Assembly (NCBI GenBank): GCA_028278205.1
Contig: JANQES010000094.1
Location: 17,995-81,994, forward strand
Direction: 5' to 3'
DNA: 64,000 bases
DNA from: Rhodothermales bacterium
GTDB taxonomy: Bacteria > Bacteroidota > Rhodothermia > Rhodothermales > Bin80
Part shown: positions 26,962-36,938 of the stretch, one piece after another
How the letters are laid out: every line of letters starts with the position of its first letter
Numbering within the stretch: the first letter of the stretch is position 1
The notes under the pieces: model-generated
What the model saw: only the letters and a program-made list of their open reading frames with translations
Database searches by the model: none
What the model was told of the DNA's origin: nothing
Program-made: the position numbers and the translations under genes

Positions 26962-29900
26962 TCACACTCCGATTACCTCAAAATTAGACCCGGCGGCGGG
27001 GTCTTTTTCGATTTCGATGCGGACGGGGAAGACTTCTTTGAGTTCGGGCAGGTGGGTGATGACGAGGATCTTGTCGAAGTCGTCCTGGATGATCTGGATG
27101 GCTTCGACGAGGTTCTGGACGCCCTGCTGATCTTGCGTGCCGAAGCCTTCGTCGATGACGAGCGTGCGGACGCGGACGCCGCTGCGTTCGGCCAGTAACT
27201 GAGCCAGGGCGATACGCAGGGCAAAGTTGACCCGGAAGGCTTCGCCCCCGGAAAACGTCTCATAAGGCCGCGAGACGCCCTGCTCATCGGTGATTTTGAT
27301 CTCCAGCGTCTCTTTGGTGCCGCCCGTCTTCTTGTCTTTCAACGTCTCCAGGCGGACGTGCATCTTGCCTTCGGTGAGGCGTTCGAGCAGGTCGTTGGTG
27401 CGGTTTTCGATCTCCGGCAGCGTCTGCTCGATGATCAGTGAGGGAATGCCGTGTTTGCCGAAAGCGGCCTTGAGATGCTTGTACAGGTTCTGCTGATCCT
27501 GGTTCTTGGTTTGTTGCTGCCGGCGTTGTTTTAGCTGATCGCGGTCGCGCCCGGCTTTTTCCAGCTTTTCCGAGAGTTGACCCAGTTGCACCTGCAACGT
27601 ATGCAACGCGGTTTCGACGACGCGGCAGGCCCCGGTTTTTTCTTGCCGCTGCGTCTCTAACACGGCTCTTTCGCCGAGTTGACCTTCGAGCGCGACGAGC
27701 CGTTCGGCCTGCTGTTCGCGTTCGAGGCGCTCCGCTTGCGCGCGCTCCTGCACGTCGGCCAGGCGTTGTTTCCATTCGGCGTGGTTTTGCTGCGCGTTGA
27801 CCAGATCGTTCATGCGCTCGCCGGCGCCGCTGAGTTCGTCCAGGGCTTGCTTGACGGCGTGGAAATGCTGCGCGTCGAAGCCGATGCCGGTCAGTTGCTC
27901 ATCGAGCCGGTGGATCTGTTCCTGAAGCGGTCCGAGGGCCGAGCCGTCGTCGAGCGACGCGCGCAGGGTCTGGGCTTCGGTTTCGGCGCGTTCGATGGTG
28001 CGTTCGAGTTGTTCTTTGCGCCCGGCGGTGGTTTCTAGCTGCCGGAGCCGGTCTTCGAATCGGGCTACCTGCGCCGCCTCGTGACGGATGCGCTCGTACG
28101 CCTCGTCGTCGAAGGCGAGCGTTTCGCGTTGTTGTTTGAGGTCGCGTTGGCGCTGCCGGAGGGCCTCGCCGTAGGCCTCGGTTTCGAGGGCGTGGCGAAG
28201 CTGCCGGGCCTCGGCTTCCTGCTCGGCCAGCACGGCTTTGGCCTCACGCACGCTGCGGATCTGTTCATCCACCTTGGCGAGTTGCTCAGCCACACCGTCC
28301 AACGCCGTGATCTGATGCTGGCGGTTTCGGTATTCGCTGAGCAGGCGCTCGCGTTCCTTTTTGCGTTCGTTGATCAGGCGTTCGTCCTGCGCCAGCGCCT
28401 GCTCCAACGTGGCGATGCCCTCTTGCAGCGCAGCAGCCACCTCGTCGCGATGCGCCGGGGTGAGGTCGGTGCCGCAGGTGGGGCAGGTGCCGCTGGCCTC
28501 GGTGCGCAGAAAAGCGGCCTGCTCCTGTTTCTCGCGAAGCTCTTCTTTTCTGGCCGATAGCTTGCCCGTCCGCGCATGCAGATCTTCGGCCACTGCCTGG
28601 CCTTTAACCCGTGTCGTCTCAAGTTCTGCTTGAAGTTCCTCCCGCTGCGCAGCCGATGTCTTAAGGTCGGCCTGTTGGGCTTCGAGCTGGTCGAGATCGG
28701 GCAGCGCGCGGGTGTCGCGTTGGATCTGTTGTTCCAGCGCTTTCAGCCGCCCGCTCAACGCCTCGCGCTCGCCTACCAACGCCCGCTCCGTAGCGCGCAG
28801 GTCTTCGTCGAGCGCCTGCCGTTTTTGCTGGAGGGCCTGCATCGACTCCATCTCCTTCCTGGCCGCCTGCGCCGCTTCAAACTTACGCTGCACCGACGGC
28901 GCTTCGATCAACATCGCCTCGCACTCGGCCAGCGACTGCTTGTGATTTTTCAACTCGAAATGCAGCTTGTCGAGCTGGCGTTCGAGGTCGTTTTTGCGGT
29001 CTTTCAGGTCTCGCTCGGCGCGCTCGCGTTGCTTTTCGATGCCGCGATACAACTCATTTTTGGTGTCGAGTTCGTCGCGTTCTTTTTGGAGCGCCAGATA
29101 CCGCTCGTGGTCGCGCTGGATGGCCTCGCGTTGAGCGATGAGGGCTTCGGCGCGCTCGATGCGTTGTTGCAGGTCGAGGGCGTCTTGTTCGTGCCGGGCC
29201 AGGCGGGCGTCGAGGGCGTCGAGGGCCTGGCGCAGGGCAGCGGCTTCGCGGGCGCGGGCGTCGAGCGCAGCCAGCCGTTCGGTGAGGTCTTTTTCCTCGG
29301 CCCGGAGCGCGTCGAGCCGGGCGCGTTCCCCGGCGATCTGCTCTTCGGTCTGGGTGTGCTGGCCCTTCCATTCAGGCTCCGGCTCCAGCGATTTGATCAG
29401 CCGCTGGACGTCCATCTCGGCCTGTTCGATGGCTTTGCGGGCGTCGCGTTCGCGCCCGGACGCCAGGTCGTAGAGAGCCTCATAGCGGCTCAGGTTGAGG
29501 ATGCGCGAGAGGATCTCCTTGCGCTCGCCGGGCTTCTTTTTGGTGAACTCGTCGGAGCGCCCCTGCAACAGAAACGCCGAGTTGATGAACGTGTCGTAAT
29601 CGAGCCCGACGACGTTGTCGATGTGGTGCTGCGTCTCGCGCATCGAGGCGCCGGTGAGCGGGCGATACTCGCCGTTGGCGGCCTCGCGCAGGTGCAGTTC
29701 CAGGTTGGGCCGCGTGGTCTTGCCCGACGCGCTGCGGTTGTAGCTGCGCACGACCCGATAGCGCTCGCCCTCGATGTCGAAGACAAAATCGACTTGCATC
29801 TCGCGCTGGCCGATGCGGACGAGTTCGTCGTCGGGTTTATGGCCGCCGCTGGATTTGCGCGCCTCGCCCCAGAGCGCCCACGTGATGGCATCCAACAGGG

Positions 29901-30021
29901 CCGACTTGCCCTGGCCGTTGCGTCCGGAGAGGCAGGCTACCTGGAACTGTTCGAAGTCGAGCACCGGCGCGGCCTCGCCGTAGCTCATAAAGTTTTTCAG
30001 CCGTAGCGAAACGGGGATCAT
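26962..30021 (-). CDS. sbcC: SbcC/Rad50-like SMC-family ATPase
   Basis: N-terminal LKNFMSYG..LSGRNGQGKSALLDAI. Long coiled coil with zinc hook CPTCG. C-terminal signature FSGGEAFR and Walker B LVIDEGFG. Confidence 0.85.
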   Translation of the reverse strand: MIPVSLRLKNFMSYGEAAPVLDFEQFQVACLSGRNGQGKSALLDAITWALWGEARKSSGGHKPDDELVRIGQREMQVDFVFDIEGERYRVVRSYNRSASGKTTRPNLELHLREAANGEYRPLTGASMRETQHHIDNVVGLDYDTFINSAFLLQGRSDEFTKKKPGERKEILSRILNLSRYEALYDLASGRERDARKAIEQAEMDVQRLIKSLEPEPEWKGQHTQTEEQIAGERARLDALRAEEKDLTERLAALDARAREAAALRQALDALDARLARHEQDALDLQQRIERAEALIAQREAIQRDHERYLALQKERDELDTKNELYRGIEKQRERAERDLKDRKNDLERQLDKLHFELKNHKQSLAECEAMLIEAPSVQRKFEAAQAARKEMESMQALQQKRQALDEDLRATERALVGEREALSGRLKALEQQIQRDTRALPDLDQLEAQQADLKTSAAQREELQAELETTRVKGQAVAEDLHARTGKLSARKEELREKQEQAAFLRTEASGTCPTCGTDLTPAHRDEVAAALQEGIATLEQALAQDERLINERKKERERLLSEYRNRQHQITALDGVAEQLAKVDEQIRSVREAKAVLAEQEAEARQLRHALETEAYGEALRQRQRDLKQQRETLAFDDEAYERIRHEAAQVARFEDRLRQLETTAGRKEQLERTIERAETEAQTLRASLDDGSALGPLQEQIHRLDEQLTGIGFDAQHFHAVKQALDELSGAGERMNDLVNAQQNHAEWKQRLADVQERAQAERLEREQQAERLVALEGQLGERAVLETQRQEKTGACRVVETALHTLQVQLGQLSEKLEKAGRDRDQLKQRRQQQTKNQDQQNLYKHLKAAFGKHGIPSLIIEQTLPEIENRTNDLLERLTEGKMHVRLETLKDKKTGGTKETLEIKITDEQGVSRPYETFSGGEAFRVNFALRIALAQLLAERSGVRVRTLVIDEGFGTQDQQGVQNLVEAIQIIQDDFDKILVITHLPELKEVFPVRIEIEKDPAAGSNFEVIGV

Positions 30022-30030
30022 GCGGTTTTT

Positions 30031-30125
30031 TAGTGCTTTGTGCTTAGCTCTTTGTTCTTGGTTTTGGCGGGCGCTGGTTTCAGACGATCACATCAAACAA
30101 AGTACGAAGAACAAAGAACGAAGTA
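30031..30125. repeat. Intergenic word-hairpin (CTTTGTTCTT words)
   Basis: tagtgctttgtgcttagctctttgttcttggttttg is an imperfect inverse of caaacaaagtacgaagaacaaagaacgaagtac. Confidence 0.7.
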
Positions 30126-30707
30126 CTACTCCTCTCCTGTCGAATCAGGCGGCGCGACCTGCGGCAGCGGATTCACGTTTTCTATCTCTTCCCCAACTTT
30201 CTTACCGAACTGTTCAGAGACTTTGGCGACTTGCGGGAAGGTGTCGGAGACATAGCCCCAGGCGGCGGGCAGCACCGTCGAGACCGGCTCGTAAAACGAC
30301 GAGTTCTCGCGGGTTTGCTCCGACGGCATGCTCACGTAGCCCAGCACCAGAAACAACACGCTCAGCACGAGGCACGCCTTGAACGCGCCGACGCCCCCGC
30401 CCAGCAGCCGGTTGGCCCACGAAAGCTTTACGGCAGCGACGACTTTTTCGAGCACCTTCGTCAGGGCGAAGACGATGGCTTGCACGGCCAGAAACACCAC
30501 CACAAAACCAACGAGCGGCGCAATGCCTTCGGAGACTCCCAGGCTGCCGGAAACCATTTCGCCCACGGGTGTCATCAAATGCAACGAAAGCACGAAGGCT
30601 ACCAACATCCCGACAAAGCTCAACGCCTGCTTGATCAGCCCCGACTTAAGCCCGATGACCAGCCCAACAGCCAACCCACCGAGGATGAAGAAGTCTAAGG
30701 TGTTCAT
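30126..30707 (-). CDS. CvpA-family membrane protein
   Basis: MNTLDFFILGGLAVGLVIGLKSGLIKQ and four TM helices typical of CvpA. Confidence 0.8.
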   Translation of the reverse strand: MNTLDFFILGGLAVGLVIGLKSGLIKQALSFVGMLVAFVLSLHLMTPVGEMVSGSLGVSEGIAPLVGFVVVFLAVQAIVFALTKVLEKVVAAVKLSWANRLLGGGVGAFKACLVLSVLFLVLGYVSMPSEQTRENSSFYEPVSTVLPAAWGYVSDTFPQVAKVSEQFGKKVGEEIENVNPLPQVAPPDSTGEE

Positions 30708-30720
30708 GGATGGTTTCGTT

Positions 30721-30810
30721 GTTATGGTGTTTTAGTGTTATGGTTTTATAGTGTTTAAGTTCTTTTATATCAAACAACTAAAACACTATAACACTTGAAC
30801 ACTCAAACAC
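30721..30810. repeat. Dispersed hairpin element, GTGTTTTAG family, copy 1
   Basis: Alignable over about 85 nt with 38000-38079 and 40397-40475. The arm gtgttttagtgtt... pairs with ...aacactataacac. Confidence 0.85.
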
Positions 30811-30852
30811 AAAAGGCCCGTGTCTGTTCGCCTCAGGCATATCGTCAACCCC

Positions 30853-31308
30853 TCACCCCAACAACTCCCGCGCGATCTCGTTAATGCGGCGGCCATCGGC
30901 GCGGCCTTTTAGTTGTTGCATGGCCGCGCCCATCACTTTGCCCATGTCGCGCATCGACGAGGCGCCCGTGGCGGCGACGATCTCTTCGACTACGCTACGG
31001 ATCTCGTCGTCGCCAAGTTGCTGGGGCAAGTAGGATTCGATGATCGCCAGTTCTTCGCGCTCTGCCGAGGCGAGGTCTTCGCGACCTGCCTGTTCGAACT
31101 GTTCGATGGCGTCGCGGCGTTGCTTGGCCTGTTTCTGGAGAACGGCCATATACGCCTCTTCGGAGAGCGTCGCTTCGCCGCCGTGGCGCTCGGCAATTTC
31201 TTTGTCTTTGATAGCAGCGCGTAGCGAACGGATGGTGCGCAGGCGAACGGCATCTTTGGCCTTCATCGCCCGCTTCATGTCTTCGGTGAGTTGATCGGTG
31301 AGGCTCAT
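30853..31308 (-). CDS. GatB/YqeY-domain protein
   Basis: MSLTDQLTEDMKRAMKAKD..RLRTIRSLRAAIKDKEI. ATG at 31308. Confidence 0.85.
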   Translation of the reverse strand: MSLTDQLTEDMKRAMKAKDAVRLRTIRSLRAAIKDKEIAERHGGEATLSEEAYMAVLQKQAKQRRDAIEQFEQAGREDLASAEREELAIIESYLPQQLGDDEIRSVVEEIVAATGASSMRDMGKVMGAAMQQLKGRADGRRINEIARELLG

Positions 31309-31312
31309 AAGG

Positions 31313-31445
31313 GCAACCGCAGATGTATGGGGATAATGCAACCGCAGATGGACGCGGATGGACGCAGATAGGGCAACGTTCTGCGCAGATCATCCGCGTT
31401 TATCTGCGTTCATCTGCGGTTGCAGGGATGGACGCAGATTTGATC
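31313..31445. repeat. Intergenic word-hairpin (CGCAGATG words)
   Basis: gcaaccgcagatg...gcaaccgcagatggacgcggatggacgcagat faces ctgcgcagatcatccgcgtttatctgcgttcatctgcggttgc. Confidence 0.8.
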
Positions 31446-31496
31446 TAATTTACCACTGCCAACGAATGAAGGGGTTTCGGCTTCGTAGAATTTACA

Positions 31497-32288
31497 TCAC
31501 TTCAAAATAAACCGAATCGCCAGCACGCCCAGGCCTACTTGCATCACGCCGAGCGAGACGGCGGCGCGGGTGTCTAAACTATTGATTTCCGGGCGTAATT
31601 CCGGATCGCCGGTCTGTTGATAGCGGTCGTTGAACCGGTCAGCTTTGAATTTGTAATGGATCGAGAGCGCTCCGGCGGCCACGGCCACGGCCCCGGCGGT
31701 ATAATCGATCCACCGGCGGCGTTTCGGCGGGGGCTTCCAGGCCATTTCGGGCGACTCCACTTCATCAACACGCAGCGGCCTCAACGTCACCAGATACCGA
31801 TTCCAGACTTCGTTGCCGGGCGTCAGCTCTTCGGTCATATAGCCCTGCCGCTCCACGATAAACATACCGTCAACCACGTCGGGCGATTTGTAGAGCACCG
31901 GCGTCGTGCCGAGCGCCGCGCGCCCGTCGAGGGTTTCGAGATAAGCCGTCGCGCCGAAAGGAATGGTTTCGATCTGATAGTGATAGGGAAACGCCAGATG
32001 TACGTCTACCGTGTCGCCGGCTTCGGCCTGCAGCGGCGTTTCGATGGGCGCGATAGACCAGGCGTCGCCGCCGAGCGGGACCAGACGCAGGCGGCGCGTG
32101 TGGGCCGGCACCACAAACGTACCCAGCGCTGCCGCGCCGAGACGCGTCGAGTCGGCGTAGAGCGTCGCTGCCGGATAATTGGTCTCGACCAGGATGATGA
32201 CGCGTTCCTGCGCCCGGCACACCCCGGCGCTCACCCACAGTATCACGATCAAAAATCCTACGGTACGGAGCAGATTCCTTCTGTACAT
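31497..32288 (-). CDS. PEGA-domain-like exported/membrane protein (hypothetical)
   Basis: ATG at 32288 (MYRRNLLRTVGFLIVILWVSAGVCRAQ signal). Two PEGA-like segments. C-terminal TM helices. Confidence 0.55.
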   Translation of the reverse strand: MYRRNLLRTVGFLIVILWVSAGVCRAQERVIILVETNYPAATLYADSTRLGAAALGTFVVPAHTRRLRLVPLGGDAWSIAPIETPLQAEAGDTVDVHLAFPYHYQIETIPFGATAYLETLDGRAALGTTPVLYKSPDVVDGMFIVERQGYMTEELTPGNEVWNRYLVTLRPLRVDEVESPEMAWKPPPKRRRWIDYTAGAVAVAAGALSIHYKFKADRFNDRYQQTGDPELRPEINSLDTRAAVSLGVMQVGLGVLAIRFILK

Positions 32289-32344
32289 CCCGTTCACCAC
32301 ACGAGCCGAAGGCGATTGACGAAGTAAACGGGATCGAGCGGTAT

Positions 32345-32372
32345 GGGTCCCGTTCGGCGAACGGGACGTACT
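32345..32372. repeat. 28-nt palindromic element gggtcccgttcgScgaacgggacgtact
   Basis: Same sequence at 45014-45041. The 10-bp arms gtcccgttcg/cgaacgggac are perfect. Confidence 0.85.
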
Positions 32373-32403
32373 CGGACAACACGCAAATTCAGATCTGCTC
32401 AAC

Positions 32404-33591
32404 CTATGGAGAAACCACATCGGCAGCCGAAGCTGATTTGAACAAAAAGACATAACGCGGCTCGGCAAGCACCACCAGATACCCGTCGCGCGCCGCAAAC
32501 GCAGACTTGACGCGACCCCTGAGTTGCTGTTCCCACTTCTTTTCGCCGGTGGCCCGGTCGATGGCGAAGACCGAACGCCTCATGCTGCCGGCGTACACGG
32601 TGTTGGGCGTCAGCAGCGGCGTGGCCGTCAGGGCGGCGTCGTTGTGGAAGATCCATTGTTGATCGCCGGTGGCCTTGTCGAAGGCGCGCAGCGAGCCGTC
32701 GGACGCCCCCACCACCACGAGCGAGCCATCGACGGCGGGCGCGCTGAAGCGGACCGTCGTGTCGGGCAGTTCAACCTTCCAAAGGACTCGGCCTTGCGTT
32801 GCATCTAGCGCGAAGAACCGCCCGCGTGTCGTCGGTACGTAGAGTGATGCCTCATCGGCCGCTATCGACGTATAGACGGGCGAGCCGAGATCCTGCCCCC
32901 ACTGCGCCGTGCCTTCCGAAGGATCGAGCGCCACCACCCGCCCCCGGTCGTCGGCCACGACGATGTTGTTCCGGGCCAGCACCGGCGTCGTGTGGATGGT
33001 AACGCGTTCGCCGAGGGGCTGCTCCCACACCACCGCACCGTCGTCGGCGTTATACTTACGCACCCAGGCCTCGGCATCGACGGCGATGAAAGCCTCGTCG
33101 AGGGCTAACAGCCCTGTTTCGATGGGCACGCCTTTGAGCTTCCAGCGCGTCTCGCCGCGCCCCAGGTCATAGGCATAAAGCGCCTGCCGGCCCCATCCGA
33201 CCGGGATAAAAATAATACCGTTCTGGATGACCGGTGTGCCTTCGACCACGTCGCCGAAGCCCTCGATGCCCATCCGTTTGCCCGTCTCGAAGTTGATGGC
33301 ATGCACCTCGCCTTTTCGCGTGCCCACGATGACGGCCTCGCCCAGCAGCAACGGCGAGCCCGGCCCAAACCCGGCGCCGGCATTATACGCCCACACCTCT
33401 TCCAGCGGCGGATCGAGCACCTCGCCCGTCGCATGCCGCCGCTCGCCCGAATCCCCCTCGGTCAACCAATCGCCCTCCGAGACCATGTTAGCCTTCTCAA
33501 CCTTCAACGCCTTACATCCCGCAAAAAGAAGCAAGGCCGCACCGAAGGCGACGAGGGTCAGCTTTGAAGTTGATACCACCATTTTGCCCAT
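32404..33591 (-). CDS. PQQ-like beta-propeller lipoprotein (BamB/YfgL-like)
   Basis: Lipobox LLFAGC. Repeated propeller blades with ...G.V.A.D..TG...W motifs. Confidence 0.7.
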   Translation of the reverse strand: MGKMVVSTSKLTLVAFGAALLLFAGCKALKVEKANMVSEGDWLTEGDSGERRHATGEVLDPPLEEVWAYNAGAGFGPGSPLLLGEAVIVGTRKGEVHAINFETGKRMGIEGFGDVVEGTPVIQNGIIFIPVGWGRQALYAYDLGRGETRWKLKGVPIETGLLALDEAFIAVDAEAWVRKYNADDGAVVWEQPLGERVTIHTTPVLARNNIVVADDRGRVVALDPSEGTAQWGQDLGSPVYTSIAADEASLYVPTTRGRFFALDATQGRVLWKVELPDTTVRFSAPAVDGSLVVVGASDGSLRAFDKATGDQQWIFHNDAALTATPLLTPNTVYAGSMRRSVFAIDRATGEKKWEQQLRGRVKSAFAARDGYLVVLAEPRYVFLFKSASAADVVSP

Positions 33592-33655
33592 AATTCAGGC
33601 GTGAAACGTAAAACGTGAGGGAGCTTCGCCCCAACCTTTCCAACACCCCCCCATT

Positions 33656-33693
33656 TTTTGATTTTTAGACCGGCCACGGTCTAAAAATCAAAA
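33656..33693. terminator. Perfect 17-bp hairpin overlapping the stop codon of the upstream gene
   Basis: ttttgatttttagaccg-gcca-cggtctaaaaatcaaaa. No canonical U tract after the stem on the minus strand. Confidence 0.35.
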
Positions 33694-36674
33694 CCGAAGA
33701 AGAATTGCTTGAACCGCTTGTCGTGGCGGCTGAAGCCGTCGCGGAAGCGATAGCCGATGTCGTAGCGCAGGACGAAGCCGCCGAAGAGATTCATCCGTAG
33801 GCCGATGCCGGTGGCGCCCAGCGTCTCACCGGCAAAGATCTGGGGGATTTTCTCGTTATAGCTCTCATTCCAGGCGTGGGCCGCGTCGAAGAAAAGCGCA
33901 CCGCGCAGGTTGGCGATGCCGAAGGGGGCCAGCACCGGGATGTAGAGCGAGGGCGCCCGGAGAATCGGGAAACGCAGTTCGTGCGAGGTGAACCACATCT
34001 TCTTACCGCGCACGTCGAAGAGTGGGAAGCCGCGCAGATCCCAACTGCCGCCCATAAACCACAGCCGCGCCTCCCGCCCATCGTTGACCCGCGCCGTCAC
34101 CCGCGAGGCGAACGTCACGTCGCGATGAATCCGGAGGTAATGCCGGATGTCGGCGGCGAGGGTGACGTAGTTGACGTTTGAGTAGAGAACATCCGTCGTA
34201 TAGGCCGCCGTCAGCCGGCCCCGCCATCCGACCACCGGGCCGTTCTGGCCGTAGAGCGCGTTATCGTGCGTCAACGATACCGCGTTCGAGAGCAACAACG
34301 CCTGCCGGTCGATCTGACGCACCGGGATCTGCTTGTCGTCCCAGCTAAGCGAGGTGCTCACTTCGATGCGGCGGAACATCGAAATGGGATAACTCACCGA
34401 GCCGAAGCCGCCCCAGATCTCTTCCCAGAAACGCGGAAATTCGGTCGAGGCGTCGGGGTCGGTGATGTCGTAGCGGAAACCGCCGAAGCGATAGAGGCCG
34501 TAGCCGATGTTGGCGCGGCGATGCAGTTGCACCCGCGAGACGGCCACGTTAAGGCTCCGCAGAAAATCGCCGGAGTTCTGCGACGTATTGTAGAGCGTGA
34601 CGAAAAGCCGGTCGTTGCCCATCAAGTCGGAGAACGCCAGCATCGCCCCGCCGGTGGTGCCCCAGATGGCGTTGTTGCTCAACTGCCCCTGCGCGATGTC
34701 GAGCGAATACCGGCGGCGATACGGCAGCCGCTCGACCCCGCTATCGGTGCCGAGACGCTCGAACTTCCAGTGTTGATTGCCCGCATCGGCGAGGTTGACG
34801 ACCTCCCGCTTTTTGGGCGCCGACATCAACGAATCGACTTCGGGAAGCTGGCGGATGGTGAAGCGGAAGTTTTCGAAGCTGGCGAAGACCATGTGGCCGT
34901 CGCGGGTCCAGACCGGATCGAAGGCGGCGGTCGTCAGGCGGGTCAGTTGCCGGAGACCGCGCTCGGCAGGCTCTTCGATGTAGGGTTCTTCGACGAGAGC
35001 AGCGGGGGCCGTGTCGCTGTCGCCATCGCCGTCGCCGGCTACCACGGGCGTGGGCACGCTGGGCCGCGTCGCCATGTCGATCACGTAGATGTCTTGCCCA
35101 CCGTAGCGCCCGGTGGAGTCGCGCCGCGAACTGGTGAAGACGAGGTGGTTGCCGTCCGGGCTCCAGCGCGGCGAAAGGTCGTGATGCTTGCCGAAGGTGA
35201 CGTATTCGACGCCGCCGGTTTCGAGATCGTACGTGAACAGATTGTACGCATTCTCCTGGCCTACCGACGTGCGATCCGACGAGAACGCCAGATAGCGCCC
35301 GTCCGGGCTCCAGGCCGGGTCGCGCTCGTCGTAACTATCGTTGGTCAGCTTGCGGAGGGCTCGCGCTTCCGTGTCGTAGATGTACAGATCGATAAAGCCG
35401 CTCTGGTCGATCGACGAAAAGGCGATCTGCCTGCCGTCGGGGCTCCACGAGGGCGAATAAACGGCGATCAGGTCGTCGAAGCTGTAGGTGGGGCCGAGTT
35501 GCCCGGCTTCGAGGTCGTAGGTGTGGATGACGTCTTTCTCGCCGCTCTTCGTGACGAAGGCCAGCTTGCCGTCGAGCGAGACGCTCAGGCGGCTTTCGAA
35601 GAGGTGGAACGCCTCGAAACGGTCGCCCCGCTCACCCCGGACGAGCACCTTCGGCTTGGTCAGCGGGCGATAGAGCGAATCGACTTCGACGTAAAAAACG
35701 TTGCCGTAGCCGTCGTGATTGCCGACGAAATAAACCTGCCGCCGCCCGTCTTCAAACTGATAAAAAACCGGCTTCGAGTTGAATCCTTCGACAGACAATC
35801 CCCCGGCGATAGCCGTCGGAAACTCGGCGTCTTCGAGCTTGGGATAGTACTGCTCTTTGAGCCACGTCTGCCACCGATCACTGATCACCAGAAAATCCTC
35901 ACGCAGCGTCCGGGCCAGCACCTTGCGGAAATCCCGATCCATCCACGCCTTATCGATCAACTCCAACAGCTTCTCCTCGCCATACGTCTCTGCGATGAAC
36001 CGGCAGAGGGCCTCTCCCTCTTTGTACATCACAAACGAGCCGTTAATCCGGTAGATGTTTTCGAGCGGGACGAGGTAGTTCGAGTAGATGGCGTCGCGCA
36101 TGACCATCTCGTGCTGGTAGTCCTGCTCGCCAGACCAGTACTCGGCCAGCCCTTCGGTAAACCACAGCGGCAGGAAACGATCGGGCGGGATGCGATGGTC
36201 GCGCAGCACGCGGAGAATTTTGTTGAAGGTGAAGACATGCACCATCTCGTGCCGCACCACGCGCCGGAACCGGTGCAGGTTGCCGTTAGCCGGTATCACG
36301 ACGCGCCCTTTGAGAAACTCGAAGAACCCCCCTACCCCATCGGGAATAAAGCCGGGCGTGATGTTGGTCTGTTTGAAATGCAGGTTGGACGAATAAAAGA
36401 TGATGGGCGTGCGGTTGTTGAGCGAGAAATTGAATTTGTTTTCGAGTTCTTGATAGATTTCTTCGGCAAAGGCCGCGCCGTGCTCGGCCAGCTCTTGCAT
36501 CTCGGTGTAGAAGTAGATGTCGAAGTGCTCGGTCTTGAGCACGTGCCAGTCGAAATTCTCGTACTGAATCTTATTGCGTCCGAAGTGAAAGCCATACTGC
36601 GCGTAGACCGGCGCCACCAGGAGCCCGACGCACAAAAAGGTAAGAAGGGAGGATACACGTCGTAGCAGCACCAT
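33681..36674 (-). CDS. Large exported protein: HExxH peptidase-like N-domain, TolB-type beta-propeller repeats, C-terminal Omp85-like beta-barrel
   Basis: Signal LLTFLCVGLLVAPVYAQ. VVRHEMVHVF. Repeats PSWSPDGRQIAFSS, PAWSPDGRYLAFSSDR, PRWSPDGNHLVFTSSR. C-terminal aromatic-rich end ...FFFGFDF. Confidence 0.7.
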   Translation of the reverse strand: MVLLRRVSSLLTFLCVGLLVAPVYAQYGFHFGRNKIQYENFDWHVLKTEHFDIYFYTEMQELAEHGAAFAEEIYQELENKFNFSLNNRTPIIFYSSNLHFKQTNITPGFIPDGVGGFFEFLKGRVVIPANGNLHRFRRVVRHEMVHVFTFNKILRVLRDHRIPPDRFLPLWFTEGLAEYWSGEQDYQHEMVMRDAIYSNYLVPLENIYRINGSFVMYKEGEALCRFIAETYGEEKLLELIDKAWMDRDFRKVLARTLREDFLVISDRWQTWLKEQYYPKLEDAEFPTAIAGGLSVEGFNSKPVFYQFEDGRRQVYFVGNHDGYGNVFYVEVDSLYRPLTKPKVLVRGERGDRFEAFHLFESRLSVSLDGKLAFVTKSGEKDVIHTYDLEAGQLGPTYSFDDLIAVYSPSWSPDGRQIAFSSIDQSGFIDLYIYDTEARALRKLTNDSYDERDPAWSPDGRYLAFSSDRTSVGQENAYNLFTYDLETGGVEYVTFGKHHDLSPRWSPDGNHLVFTSSRRDSTGRYGGQDIYVIDMATRPSVPTPVVAGDGDGDSDTAPAALVEEPYIEEPAERGLRQLTRLTTAAFDPVWTRDGHMVFASFENFRFTIRQLPEVDSLMSAPKKREVVNLADAGNQHWKFERLGTDSGVERLPYRRRYSLDIAQGQLSNNAIWGTTGGAMLAFSDLMGNDRLFVTLYNTSQNSGDFLRSLNVAVSRVQLHRRANIGYGLYRFGGFRYDITDPDASTEFPRFWEEIWGGFGSVSYPISMFRRIEVSTSLSWDDKQIPVRQIDRQALLLSNAVSLTHDNALYGQNGPVVGWRGRLTAAYTTDVLYSNVNYVTLAADIRHYLRIHRDVTFASRVTARVNDGREARLWFMGGSWDLRGFPLFDVRGKKMWFTSHELRFPILRAPSLYIPVLAPFGIANLRGALFFDAAHAWNESYNEKIPQIFAGETLGATGIGLRMNLFGGFVLRYDIGYRFRDGFSRHDKRFKQFFFGFDF

Positions 36675-36913
36675 AGGGCAAGACCCGACTAAATGAGTGG
36701 GTTGGGGCTTTATACAACGAGGGGGAGTGGAGCTTATTAAAAACTTCACACCATGGCAACGCAAAAAAACCGCCCCCCGTTCCCCCTACTTCCGGTATCG
36801 GAGGCCCTCGGAATGAAACTAAAGAGTGAAATCATACAATCACAAAAAAAAGTAAGCACCCAGGACGATGAAACCACCGCCTGAGCCGCTTCAGAACGAG
36901 GGCGAACGGTTAT

Positions 36914-36938
36914 TTGAAAATCGATTATCGATTTTCAA
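36914..36938. terminator. AT-rich perfect palindrome overlapping the PGI/PMI stop codon
   Basis: ttgaaaatcgat-t-atcgattttcaa (12-bp arms). Confidence 0.35.

Noticed and set aside
26962-30125. Considered SbcC as part of a defence system (Lamassu/Wadjet-like) because no sbcD is adjacent.
   Set aside because: The zinc-hook CPTCG and the N- and C-terminal ATPase motifs fit ordinary SbcC/Rad50. The neighbours are housekeeping genes. The missing sbcD may simply be elsewhere in the genome.
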